Positions 1 to 12,849 of a DNA stretch of 64,000 nucleotides are shown one piece after another. The notes beneath the pieces were generated by a model. That model was not told where the DNA came from, made no database searches, and worked only from the letters and a program-made list of their open reading frames with translations. This DNA comes from Eledone cirrhosa (taxonomy: Eukaryota), in the NCBI GenBank assembly GCA_964016885.1, contig OZ024740.1, positions 211,668,001 through 211,732,000 on the forward strand, given 5' to 3'. Every line of letters starts with the position of its first letter. The first letter of the stretch is position 1. The position numbers and the translations under genes were made by a program.

Positions 1-375
1 CCTCAAACACTCTGTCCAGCGAGTCCTGTCAGAAGCAACCATCTCCAACTGATCCAGCTGGATCCTCAAGCGTGACCAACGAAGCTTATCGATTTTATCC
101 AACCATCTTGCTTGGGGTCTATCCCAGGGTCCCCTGTCGGTTGGTTTTGCCAGTAAAATATGTCCAGCGATTATTTCCTGAGACATTCTAACCACATACC
201 CATAGTATCAGAGCTGTGATCTCTCAACTCAGAGAAGCAGTGGCTCTATCTGGAGTGACTCTCTGATCTCTGAGCTACGCAGTTTATCGAATAACGTTAC
301 TCCAAAGACCCTTCGGAGGAATCCCATTTCAGCCGCTTGTATTCGCGATCATATTCTTCCAGTTATTACCCATGA
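1..375 (-). mobile_element. Degenerate 3' fragment of an RTE-clade LINE ORF2
   Basis: Reverse strand translates (with stops) to SRIQAAEMGFLRRVFGVTLFDKLRSSEIRESLQIEPLLL..ERSQL..YGYVVRM..GPWDRPQARWLD..DRTRW, typical of the RTE C-terminus. Confidence 0.75.
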
Positions 376-462
376 TATAAAATACATTAAAAATAATTGT
401 GGGTGTTTATTGATTTATTATTTTTGTGTGAGAGACATAATATACTTTGATTTCCAGTTAGC

Positions 463-642
463 TGGCGGTGGATTGGCAGAATCAGTAGAGCGCCAGACAA
501 TATGCTTCGTATATATTTACGTCAAAGTTGAAAGCCCACCGATCAACTTTGCATTTCATTCTTCTGGGATCAATAAAATAAAGGTCCAGGATCGATTTAC
601 TACTTTCTACACCCACAAATTGCTGGCCTTGTACCTAAATTA
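463..642 (+). mobile_element. tRNA-derived SINE (Nin/Deu-domain-like family), diverged copy
   Basis: GGCGGTGGATTGGCAG head, core AACTTTGCATTTCATTCTT..GGGATCAATAAAATAAAG and TTGCTGGCCTTGT tail. The same family recurs about 10 times in the window. Confidence 0.75.
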
Positions 643-644
643 TT

Positions 645-2020
<1,376 letters not shown>

Positions 2021-2021
2021 C

Positions 2022-2613
2022 AAACATAACAGAGGAGTTTAAGACTGGCTGCCCATGGGAACATAGTATCTAGAATAAGGACGGGCTGGAAGATGTTTAG
2101 GGAGCTGCTTTCTCTGTTGACAAAGAAGGGTTTCTCCCTACGTCCAAAAGTCCGGTTATATGATGCCTGTGTGAGATGCGCGATGCTGCATGGTAGTGAG
2201 ACATGGGCAGCAACTGCAGAGGATATGCGACGGCTGGAGAGATATGAAGCAAGCATGCTCCGTTGGATGTGTAATGTCAATGTGCGTGAACAACCAAGCA
2301 TAGATAAGTTGAGAGAGAAACTGTGTATAAGAGGGATAAGTTGTAGGGTCCGGGAGAGAAGACTGCGATGGTATGGACATGTGATGCACATGGAGGATGA
2401 CCGCTGGGTAAAACAGTGCCAAGAAATCCCAGTAGAAGGAAGACCACGAAAAACATGGGCGGAGGTGATGAGAGCAGACCTCAGATCGCTGAAGCTCACG
2501 GAGGAGATGACGAAGGACCGTTACAAATGGAGGGACATGCTGTGCTGAATAGGACCCATCCCACCCTTGCAAGCAGGGAAAAGTGAACGTAAAATGATGA
2601 TAAGGATAATGAT
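2022..2613 (+). mobile_element. RTE LINE fragment with internal deletion
   Basis: ITEEFKTGCPWE is joined directly to ..RTGWKMFRELLSLLTKKGFSLRPKVRLYDACVR..RRLRWYGHVM..GRPRKTW (YADD and PHD deleted). Ends with AAGTGAACGTAAAATGATGAT. Confidence 0.85.
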
Positions 2614-2724
2614 GATATATATATATAGTGGTGGAACACTGGAAGGTAATATCCATAGTGGTAGAGCACTTAGTACAAGGGACGAGTTAGGTAGAAGTGG
2701 TTACACAACAGTTAGTTCACCATA

Positions 2725-2764
2725 CCGAGAACAATTATTTCACCTTAGCGGATCTTCAGCTCGG
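2725..2764 (-). ncRNA. Minimal type-I hammerhead ribozyme (PLE), inverted copy
   Basis: Reverse complement: CCGAG CTGAAGA TCCGCTAAGGT GAAA TAATT GTT CTCGG. Stem I is CCGAG/CTCGG. Confidence 0.72.
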
Positions 2765-4111
2765 AATGGGCATGGTATAGGAACAGGAAGGACAACCGTA
2801 CGAACGCGCATGCGCAGAAACCCGGTCACTTCACACAGGCAATACTAGACTGCGTGCGAGAGGTGTAAGGGAGAACACTGCGAAAGTCCGAAAAGTTTTT
2901 AGGTTGAAAATAAAATTACAAAGAATCAGTCCGGAGCCTTGTAGTTATGCAATAGGTATTTGGCGACGTGTGAACAACGTGTGAAAAATTCACTTCTCGT
3001 GTTTAGGCAATCACTATTGCGTAATCTCTTTAGAATAGTTATTCGTTCGTCAATACATAAGCCACACGTCGTATTTCCCCTTGCGTATGGCTTGGACTTA
3101 GTAATGGCTTTCCATTGAATGGAGTAGTCTATACTTGAGTCCTTGAGGGACCATACGTGGCTCGCGAGTTTCGTGGATGAACGTCTGTCTTGGTATCTGA
3201 AGGTAGACTGGTGGTTCAGGAAACGTTCCTTGAATCGGCCCTCCGCCATGCCCACATAGGATTTGACCTGTGGTTCGTTTGGTCGGTTGGAAGTGACCAC
3301 AGCTTCATAGATTACAGCTGGTGTGTTGCATTGCTGTTGAAGGGGGAAAGCTTCAGGCTTACGGCAAGAGCACCCTGGTGGGGTGTTGCTCCTAGGGCTG
3401 CTGGTGATGTGGGCCTTCATGTTCTTAGCGCAGGAGTATCCTAGTTTAACTTTGTGTCGGTTAAAGATGGAGCGGTATTTATGACCTATGGGGAAGTGTC
3501 TATCTAAGAGGGCTAGAATTTTTTTCCTACATTGGTTTTAAGGTTGAGTGAGAAGGGAGGAGAGAACCAGATAGTTTGTCTATTGTTGCGCTTACTTTTC
3601 TTAATGGTGTTGTTGCTAGTGGGAGAGTAAGTGATAGGTTGTGAGAAGCCGCTGTTAGCCAACGCCGTGTTATAGTGGGGTGCCGCCCTGTCAAAGATAG
3701 CCTTATGAGAGGAGAGGTTTGAGATTCTAGTACTGATATTCTTAACGAACTTTCTAAAAACAGTGGGAGGGTACATGTGGGGTTAGAAGTAAAGTCTACC
3801 TTGTGATCTTTCAGGGTGAGGAACACCTCCCGCTTAGCTAGAGATTGAACCACCAGTCTACCTTCAGATACCAAGACAGACGTTCATCCACGAAACTCGC
3901 GAGCCACGTATGGTCCCTCAAGGACTCAAGTATAGACTATTCCATTCAATGGAAAGCCATCACTAAGTCCAAGCCATACGCAAGGGGAAATTCGCAGTTA
4001 TCTCCCTTACACCTCTCGCACGCAGTCTAGTATTGCCTGTGTGAAGTGACCGGGTTTCTGCGCATGCGCGTTCGTACGGTTGTTCTTACTATTCCTATAA
4101 CCATGCCCATT

Positions 4112-4151
4112 CCGAGCTGAAGATCCGCTAAGGTGAAACAATTGTTCTCGG
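4112..4151 (+). ncRNA. Minimal type-I hammerhead ribozyme (PLE)
   Basis: CCGAG-CTGAAGA(4117-4123)-tCC gctaa GGt-GAAA(4135-4138)-palindromic stem III ACAATTGT-GUU(4144-4146)-CTCGG. Stem I extends with CCATG/TATGG. Confidence 0.8.
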
Positions 4152-4192
4152 TATGGTGAACTAACTGTTGTGTAACCACTTCTATATATATA

Positions 4193-4278
4193 TATAATTG
4201 CCTCGTCTGACGAACGAATGAAGTCGTTTATTTCGTATTCGCTTCATTCGGGAAACCTCTGGTAATGAGGTAATTATA
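4193..4278 (+). ncRNA. Type-I hammerhead ribozyme in a short orphan PLE tail (about 4193-4362) between (TA)n tracts
   Basis: Stem I TATAATTGCCTCGT/ATGAGGTAATTATA, CTGACGA (4207-4213), stem II CGAATGAAG/CTTCATTCG, GAAA (4252-4255), stem III ACC-tct-GGT, cleavage triplet GUA (4262-4264). Confidence 0.85.
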
Positions 4279-4360
4279 TTGTATTAAATTTTGCTCTGAT
4301 ACTTACATAGAGCACTCTTCATTTCTATGACCTTTTCTGTTTCCAACGGAAATTTCAATA

Positions 4361-4362
<2 letters not shown>

Positions 4363-4433
<71 letters not shown>
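4363..4433. repeat. (TA)n microsatellite
   Basis: Directly visible. Confidence 0.98.
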
Positions 4434-4435
<2 letters not shown>

Positions 4436-4745
4436 AATGAAAAAACGGAGTTAAAGACTCACGTTAATCCCCTGTAATTTAATGAGCTCAAGGTATAAGT
4501 ACCGAGCTCTTCATAATATAATATATATAGAGAACACACAAAAGAGTATGTTTTGAATTACAAGGGATAGAGAACCACTAGAGTGAAATACATAAAGTCT
4601 ACGAAATGTGTTGAAAATACATAATAATTAGAGAGATAAATTAAAATGCACAAACCTACCTTTATAACTATAAAACACCTGGACAGGTTTCGCCATAAAC
4701 AGTGCCAGAACGATTACATCCCAATATATACAATATATATATATA

Positions 4746-4958
4746 TCATCATCATTTAGCGCCTGCTTTTCTTTGCTTGTAAGGGTGGAACGGGTCCTTT
4801 TCAGCAGCACAGCATCTCTCCATTCACCACGGTCCTTTGTCATGTGAGCTTCAGCGATCTGGGGTCAGCTCTCACTACCTCTGCTCATGATTTTCGTGGT
4901 CTTCCTCTACTGCGTCTTCCTTCCACTCGGATTTCTTGACACTTCTTTACTCAGAGCT
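4746..4958 (-). mobile_element. RTE LINE 3' end
   Basis: Reverse strand gives VKKCQEIRVEGRRSRGRPRK..MTKDRGEWRDAVL and a (GAT)n tail. Same family as 2410-2613. Confidence 0.8.
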
Positions 4959-5064
4959 CATCATCTGGTGGAGTCCAATCCTCTCCAGGTCTGAATACAG
5001 CAGATTTCTTTCAAAGAATGATAAAGAGAGTGAGAGAATGGAAGTGAGAAAGAAATACAGAGGA

Positions 5065-5195
5065 AGGATCGACTCCAGTACTTGACTGGTACTTTTTTAT
5101 CGACTCGAATGGATGAATGGTAAAGTTGGTCTCGGTGGGATTTGAACGCAGAGAGCCGAAACGAATACTGCAAACGACTGCAAATTCGCCGCCTT
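5065..5195 (-). mobile_element. Diverged tRNA-SINE (Nin-like)
   Basis: Reverse complement contains GTTCAAATCCCACCGAGACCAACTTTACCATTCATCC..GAGTCGATAAAAAAGTACCAGTCAAGTACTGG. Confidence 0.7.
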
Positions 5196-5374
5196 CAGTA
5201 ATGCACCATTGTAGATAAAAACTCCCTTTCCTGTTTAGGAGAAAATGAAAAAAAAAAAAAAATCATCGTTTTTATTTATTTATTTATTTATCTACGAACA
5301 TAAAATATGACATTTCTAAAATCACAACTATTGTTGACTGTTGTTGAATTATGGGAAGACTACTTGTAGAAATT

Positions 5375-8300
5375 ACTGCCTCCGTCTCTCTCACTCTCCC
5401 CATCTCTCTCTTTCACTCACTGCCTCCGTCTCTCTCACTCTCCCCATCTCTCTCTTTCACTCACTGCCTCCGTCTCTCTCACTCTCCCCATCTCTCTCTT
5501 TCACTCACTGCCCCCGTCTCTCACTCTCCCCAGCTCTCTCTTTCACTCACTGCCTCCGTCTCTCTCACTCTCCCCATCTCTCTCTTTCACTCACTGCCTC
5601 CGCCTCTCTCACTCTCACCATCTCTCCCTTTCACTCACTTTCTACGCCTCTCTCACTCTCCCCATCCCCCCCTTTCATTCACTGCCTCCGTCTCTCTCAC
5701 TCTCCCCATCTCTCTCTTTCACTCACTTTCTCCACCTCTCTCACTCTCCCCATCTCTCTCTTTCACTCACTGCCTCCGTCTCTCTCACTCTCCCCATCTC
5801 TCCCTTTCATTCACTGCCTCCGTCTCTCTCACTCTCCCCATCTCTCTCTTTCACTCACTTTCTCCACCTCTCTCACTCTCCCCATCTCTCTCTTTCACTC
5901 ACTACCCCCGTCTCTCTCACTCTCCCCATCTCTCCCTTTCACTCACGGCCCCTGTCTCTCTCACTCTCCCCATCTCTCTCTTTCACTCACTTCCTCCGTC
6001 TCTCTCACTCTCCCCATCTCTCTCTTTCACTCACTTTCTCCACCTCCCTCACTCTCTCCATCTCTCCCTTTCACTCACTACCCCCGTCTCTCTCACTCTC
6101 ACCATCTCTCTCTTTCACTCACTGCCTCCGTCTCTCTCACTCTCCCCATCTCTCCCTTTCATTCACTGCCTCCGTCTCTCTCACTCTCCCCATCTCTCTC
6201 TTTCACTCACTGCCTCCGTCTCTCTCACTCTCCCCATCTCTCTCTTTCACTCACTGCCTCCGTCTCTCTCACTCTCCCCATCTCTCTCTTTCACTCACTG
6301 CCTCCGTCTCTCTCACTCTCCCCATCTCTCTCTTTCACTCACTGCCTCCGTCTCTCTCACTCTCCCCATCTCTCTCTTTCACTCACTGCCCCCGTCTCTC
6401 ACTCTCCCCATCTCTCTCTTTCACTCACTGCCTCCGTCTCTCTCACTCTCCCCATCTCTCTCTTTCACTCACTGCCTCCGCCTCTCTCACTCTCACCATC
6501 TCTCCCTTTCACTCACTTTCTACGCCTCTCTCACTCTCCCCATCTCCCCCTTTCATTCACTGCCTCCGTCTCTCTCACTCTCCCCATCTCTCTCTTTCAC
6601 TCACTTTCTCCACCTCTCTCACTCTCCCCATCTCTCTCTTTCACTCACTGCCTCCGTCTCTCTCACTCTCCCCATCTCTCCCTTTCATTCACTGCCTCCG
6701 TCTCTCTCACTCTCCCCATCTCTCTCTTTCACTCACTTTCTCCGCCTCTCTCACTCTCCCCATCTCTCCCTTTCATTCACTGCCTCCGTCTCTCTCACTC
6801 TCCCCATCTCTCTCTTTCACTCACTTTCTACACCTCTCTCACTCTCCCCATCTCCCCCTTTCATTCACTGCCTCCGTCTCTCTCACTCTCCCCATCTCTC
6901 TCTTTCACTCACTTTCTCCACCTCTCTCACTCTCCCCATCTCTCTCTTTCACTCACTACCCCCGTCTCTCTCACTCTCCCCATCTCTCCCTTTCACTCAC
7001 GGCCCCTGTCTCTCTCACTCTCCCCATCTCTCTCTTTCACTCACTTCCTCCGTCTCTCTCACTCTCCCCATCTCTCTCTTTCACTCACTTTCTCCACCTC
7101 CCTCACTCTCTCCATCTCTCCCTTTCACTCACTACCCCCGTCTCTCTCACTCTCACCATCTCTCCCTTTCACTCACTGCCCCTGTCTCTCTCACTCTCCC
7201 CATCTCTCTCTTTCACTCACTTCCTCCATCTCTCTCACTCTCCCCATCTCTCTCTTTCACTCACTTTCTCCGCCTCTCTCACTCTCCCCATCTCTCCCTT
7301 TCACTCACTGCCTCCGTCTCTCTCACTCTCCCCATTTCTCTCTTTCACTCACTGCCTCCGTCTCTCTCGCTCTCTCCATCTCTCCCTTTCACTCACTGCC
7401 TCCGTCTCTCTCACTCTCTCCACCTCTCTCTTTCACTCACTGCCTCCGTCTCTCTCACTCTCCCCATCTCTCTCTTTCACTCACTTTCTCCGCCTCTCTC
7501 ACTCTCCCCATCTCTCCCTTTCATTCACTGCCTCCGTCTCTCTCACTCTCCCCATCTCTCTCTTTCACTCACTTTCTACACCTCTCTCACTCTCCCCATC
7601 TCCCCCTTTCATTCACTGCCTCCGTCTCTCTCACTCTCCCCATCTCTCTCTTTCACTCACTTTCTCCACCTCTCTCACTCTCCCCATCTCTCTCTTTCAC
7701 TCACTACCCCCGTCTCTCTCACTCTCCCCATCTCTCCCTTTCACTCACGGCCCCTGTCTCTCTCACTCTCCCCATCTCTCTCTTTCACTCACTTCCTCCG
7801 TCTCTCTCACTCTCCCCATCTCTCTCTTTCACTCACTTTCTCCACCTCCCTCACTCTCTCCATCTCTCCCTTTCACTCACTACCCCCGTCTCTCTCACTC
7901 TCACCATCTCTCCCTTTCACTCACTGCCCCTGTCTCTCTCACTCTCCCCATCTCTCTCTTTCACTCACTTCCTCCATCTCTCTCACTCTCCCCATCTCTC
8001 TCTTTCACTCACTTTCTCCACCTCTCTCACTCTCCCCATCTCTCCCTTTCACTCACTGCCTCCGTCTCTCTCACTCTCCCCATTTCTCTCTTTCACTCAC
8101 TGCCTCCGTCTCTCTCGCTCTCCCCATCTCTCCCTTTCACTCACTGCCTCCGTCTCTCTCACTCTCCCCACCTCTCTCTTTCACTCACTGCCTCCGTCTC
8201 TCTCGCTCTCCCTTTCACTCACTGCCTCTGTCTTTCTCACTCTCCCCACCTCTCTCTTTCACTTACTGCCTCCGTCTCTCTCACTCTCCCCATCTCTCTC

Positions 8301-8597
8301 TTTCACTCACTTTCTCCGCCTCTCTCACTCTCCCCATCTCTCCCTTTCACTCACTGCCTCCGTCTCTCTCACTCTCCCCATTTCTCTCTTTCACTCACTG
8401 CCTCCGTCTCTCTCGCTCTCCCCATCTCTCCCTTTCACTCACTGCCTCCGTCTCTCTCACTCTCCCCACCTCTCTCTTTCACTCACTGCCTCCGTCTCTC
8501 TCGCTCTCCCTTTCACTCACTGCCTCTGTCTTTCTCACTCTCCCCACCTCTCTCTTTCACTTACTGCCTCCGTCTCTCTCACTCTCCCCATCTCTCA
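5375..8597. repeat. 44-bp pyrimidine-rich minisatellite (about 73 units) with higher-order blocks
   Basis: Unit ACTCACTGCCTCCGTCTCTCTCACTCTCCCCATCTCTCTCTTTC. A variant block containing ACGGCCCCTGTC recurs near 5945, 6999 and 7747. Confidence 0.97.
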
Positions 8598-8795
8598 CTA
8601 TTATAAGCAAATGGGCGCCCACGAGCTGGCCGCCCGGTGGACAGAATAGAGATGGTTTTTCCCTTGAGGATGGTGAGGGAGACGTGTTGGAACAGCCACT
8701 CCAGCTTGCGAGGCTCACACCTGCGGGTAGCCAACTCCATGCCGATAGTGGTGAGTAAGGAGGTGGTCCTAGGCTAACCGGAAGTCTCCACTGTT
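8598..8795 (-). mobile_element. CRE-clade non-LTR retrotransposon 3' remnant (RLE C-terminus)
   Basis: Reverse strand gives VETSG..PRTTSLLTTIGMELATRRCEPRKLEWLFQHVSLTILKGKTISILS, matching the CRE pattern VETxGxxGP..WLxQRxSxxxxRGN. Same family as 31515-31935. Confidence 0.7.
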
Positions 8796-9114
8796 ACGAG
8801 CTCGACCACAAACCTGTCGGAGAGCGACCGATATTTGGAGAAGACACATATAAACTATGAACCTATGTCTTAACTACTCAGGTAATATGACTATTTCATT
8901 GGTATATATTTCGTTGACTAAAGCCGACAAGAATAATTAACTCAGTGGTTGCCAACATTTGTGTAAATTAAAAATAATTTAGGCATGCTTAAAAACCCAT
9001 TAGAAGGAGCTCCTGTTGTGGTATAATTCAGCGTGAGGGTCTTCTTTTTTTCTTCCTTATTATTCTAACGTCTTTATTTAATAATGTATATTGGCACTCG
9101 ATTACTTCATTGGT

Positions 9115-9305
9115 ATATTTTTTCCATCCTGTGGAGTTCGTGACGTTTGGTGGAGCTGGACCTTTGATAGCGAAATTCTTGTCACCATTAGTGGCTCACC
9201 TTACCGAGGTATCAGGTGATGCCTGTGTGAGTGCTTGGTTGTGTCAGTGCCTTAGTCTCTCCACCACCCGCGGTAATACAGCAAGCGGGTTACCTTGCCT
9301 CAAAA
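9115..9305 (+). mobile_element. Second CRE-like RLE remnant
   Basis: FHPVEFVTFGGAGPLIAKFLSPLVAHLTEVSGDACVSAWLCQCLSLSTTRGNTAS in ORF 9110..9397. Confidence 0.65.
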
Positions 9306-9821
9306 ATTTCCGTTGTCCTTTGTGGTGGGCGGCTGATTGCCAACTTGGTGGTTGTTTTTGTTTGTTGGTAATTTTTTCTCCTCGAAAGTACCAGTAATGC
9401 ACTGAGTAATTGCTGGCCTTGTGCTTAAAGTAGAAACAATTATATATGTCACGTTCCTAGCTATATTCTGTAAGAATTATAAACATTTTGTCATCTTTTG
9501 TAGTATTCATTATATTTCGTTTATTTATGCTTCTTCACAGAATGATATATGTGCTTACATGAAAAAAAACGTCTTCAAAAAAAAAAAAAAAATACCAGTT
9601 ACTACTCACGTTGGTAGACGAAAACAAGGGTGCCGAACAATAACACATGCTACATCAATTGTAAGTATTAAAGCTTGGTTCTCTCCTCAAAGGGAAATAA
9701 CCTTTTTTGAAACTGGTTATCTCCCTTGCAACAAAATTATTTTCCTTACTTATTTCCCTTCATCTTTGAAAACTGAGATTAACACACGCGATTCTCATTT
9801 CTTGGGTGTCTTTCCAGAGAT

Positions 9822-10385
9822 GTAGGTAAGCAAGGTATTTAAAGTATGGTAGATGCCTGATGGAGGGTATTCGTTTGATTGCTCGTCTCTGAACAGTTCC
9901 CACGAGATCAATATTCTGAGCAAAACGGGTTCCAGACTGGTGGTGCAAATTCTAAGTGTGGACATACCATAGCTTTAAAAAGATAGATGGAGAGCAGCTG
10001 ACAAAGATCTTACTGAGTGATGCTAAGACACCCTCGGCTTTTTTAACAATTTTAGATATGTACTTTATGCAACGCAAATCGCTGCTGACAATAATTCCCA
10101 GGTCACGTTCACAAGAAGACTTCTTGATATTAGTGTTATGGAGGGAGTATATGAACGCTCGGTTTTCCTCTCAAAATGCATGGTGGTACACTTGTCCACA
10201 GCCAGCTTGAGTTGCCAGTCCATAATCCATTGCTGCATTATGTCCAGTTCTGATTGCAGGAAAGATCTATAGTGTTCAAGATCTGTCCTTTTTATCTCAA
10301 GGTACAGCTTGATGTCATCTGCATATTTCAGCACTGTGACATTCTTCAAGTTGGAATGTATGTCATTGATATATGGAACAGACAA
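9822..10385 (-). mobile_element. CR1-clade LINE RT fragment
   Basis: YINDI..LKYADDIKLY..WQLKLAVDKCTTMHF, ERDLGI, VQRRAIKRIP. Same family as 41020-42430. Confidence 0.85.
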
Positions 10386-10529
10386 ATGTTTGACTAAATA
10401 TTAAATCATTTATTATTTTCATGTAATCTTATCCTAGGAATATATTTGAATATTTTAGAATAAAGTATTTTTTCTTGTATCTTATGAATTAGACATGAGC
10501 TATAATGCGGTAAAATTAATGGAAATTCA

Positions 10530-10840
10530 ACTTAATCGTCCCCTAGCCCTTATTAATTTTCCAGATTTTTTCCACCACCACCTGCTTTTATTCCACCGCA
10601 ACCCCACTTATTACATTTTTCTAATCTATCTCTGGTGAAGTGGTTGCATTTCCTGTGACAATTTTCTTTAGACATTAAAAGACATTATACACGACAAAAG
10701 ATTACACTACTAGAAATCCCATATGTTATAAAATAAGTAGGATGGGTTTGGGGTCTCAATATGTAACCTAAACGACTAATTCTGGTTTAAAAAAAAAAAA
10801 TTAACTGAAACAACCTAGAAAAATTACTGACTTCTTCCCC
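10530..10840 (+). mobile_element. Internal part of a Tc1/mariner-type MITE
   Basis: Shares CTTTAGACATTAAAA..ATTACTAGAAATCCCATATGTTATAAAATA..ACTAATTCTGGTTTAAAA with the complete copy at 32347-32767. Confidence 0.6.
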
Positions 10841-11754
10841 TCATATTTGGAACTTGACAGTAGTTGAATGGAAATTTATCATCTGGGTCATCAAGCATGC
10901 TTCTTGTTGGCAATATTATTTTATCCTCCACCACCATTCAATAGGAAAATCCCCTGGGCTCTTTTCTCTTTGCACATCATGGCCCCATTCAGTGTTTAGT
11001 GCTTGGAAAATGCAGCTGTAGGTGAACCTGTATATGTAGTGCAATGGGGTTTAATAGTGAAACATGGCTATTGAATGTAGAAGCTATGTAAAGGCATTGG
11101 TCTATCCATTGCTAATACTATCTACTAGTCGCAACTCCTGGCAGAAAAAGTAATGTTAAATAAAATGTCTTGTTCGAGGACATAATGCATCGTTCAGTGC
11201 TGCAACTGAACTTGCAATCTCATGATTGTGAATCCAGTTCTCTAACCACCAAGCCATATGTTTTCACAATGACAAGCACAGTACATCCTGTCAAGATTAT
11301 TACAACATTTACAAATCTTTAAGACCATCTTTCAGATTGCTTGATGTGTATATACTCTGAGATCCTAATTAGAGTTGAAAACCAATTAAGAACATTCATC
11401 ATGTATCAATTTAGAGGGAAGTATGTCTGTGTACACAATGTGTATATTTATATAAACGCATTTATATAAGGACCGGATGGAATAAGTTTAAGGAGCTGCT
11501 TCTTCTATTGACCAATCCAGTATGTGTTTTTGTCTAGACATCGTGTGGCTTTTTTGTTGTCTTTGTGTTTTATCCTTCACTGCCAAGGGGTAATTTTGTT
11601 GATGATACCACCTCCAGGACGATTATCAACCAAGATTAGTGAGCTTGTCCTGCCCATCAGACACAGCTACTCCCCACAAGGTGCCAGGGATTGTATAATA
11701 ATTATTATTATGGCAGACCCCTTTTATGTCTTGTGGCCATAGCAAAAGTGGAAG

Positions 11755-12440
11755 AACCATCAGCAGGGCCTCTCTGAGATGTGCACAGGACGATGAAACC
11801 ATCCTGCATGCAATTGGCCAATATCCAAGCATTGCTGACTTGTGGGTTTATGTCAAACACCTGCTGGCACGTGTAGAACAAATTCGGTTATCAATCAAGT
11901 CGATTGTAAAGATCGTCCTGCCGCCTTCTTTTAGACAAGAAGGGCAGGGCATTTTTATGTCTTGTGGCCATGGCAAAAGAAGTTGTATGGTGGACACATT
12001 TGAAAGGTTTGAAGACAAGTACTTTCATCTTTGATTAACTTTTTCAGATTCCACTTGAGGAAGAAAATAAGGGTAGCGAGAGAAGTGCTGCTTTCAAAGC
12101 AATTTGTTGAAAGTTGTGTGAGAGAAGCGAGCATGGCTCGAGTGAATGGGTCCGCTCTGAGTGTAAGCCTGTAGATTGGAGGAGTACAACTGGGACAGGG
12201 CACTTGCCCTAAAGATCAAAGCATTCAAGGTTTTATGGGGCTTTTTCACGAATGACCCTCGAACGTCTCCTCTCTATTGAGGAAACTTATGTTTTAATTT
12301 TTTTTTTAACGTTGTTAAAATTTGTTTACATGCAAAACCCACACACGAACACACACATATACACACACACTCTGTTTTCGTTCATAATGTTTTTCTTAAC
12401 CCTTTGTTGTTAATAAAGAAATCATTATCATTATTATTAT
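11755..12440 (+). mobile_element. Tx1/L1-like LINE 3' fragment
   Basis: SRASLRCAQDDETILHAIGQYPSIADLWVYV (CCHC region), FFRFHLRKKIRV, AATAAA and (ATT)n tail. Homologous to 29540-30250. Confidence 0.85.
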
Positions 12441-12442
12441 TA

Positions 12443-12845
12443 TGGCTGTATCGGTAGAGGGTCGGATGCCATGCTTTGCAGCATAGAGTTATGGCTCTTT
12501 ATGATCTGAGCTCAAATCCCGCCGAGGTTAACTTTGTCTTTCATCCTTATGGGGTCGATAAAATAAAGTACCAGTCACGCACTGGGGTCGATTTAATCGA
12601 CTTCCCCCTCCCCCCAAATTACTGGCCTTGTGCCTATATAAGAAACCATTATTATTATTATGGATGTATCGGTAGAGGGTTGGACGCCATGCTTTCCAGC
12701 ATAGTTACGTCCCTTTACGGTCTGAGTTCAAATCCAGTCGAGGTTAACTTTGCCTTTCATCTTACAGGGTCAATAAAATAAAGTACCAGTAATGTACTGG
12801 GTAATTGCTAGCCTTGTGCCAAAATTAGAAACAATTATTATTATT
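12443..12845 (+). mobile_element. Two tandem tRNA-SINEs
   Basis: Two copies of GGCTGTATCGGTAGAGGGTCGGA..GAGTTCAAATCC..AACTTTGCCTTTCATC..AAAATAAAGTACCAG..CCTTGTGCC, each ending in (ATT)n. Confidence 0.85.
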
Positions 12846-12849
12846 ATTG

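Larger units (their letters stand above)
2627..4183 (-). mobile_element. Truncated Penelope-like element (Naiad-type) with inverted 3' duplicate, flanked by (TA)n
   Basis: Minus-strand ORFs give LTLKDHKVDFTSNPTC, RISNLSS..WFSPPFSLNLKTNVG and GIY-YIG (CSCR..VIYEAVV..YVGMAEGRFKERFLNH..CGLCIDE..LNTRSEF). 3846-4183 is an inverted copy of parts of 3075-3218 and 2695-2885. Confidence 0.88.

Noticed and set aside
5341-8758. Two ORFs of more than 1100 aa rich in Ser/Leu/His/Pro
   Set aside because: They are an artefact of a stop-free 44-bp pyrimidine-rich minisatellite, with several frames open and a 44-aa period.
12443-12530. tRNA genes
   Set aside because: A/B boxes belong to SINE heads followed by SINE core and tail, with no complete cloverleaf.
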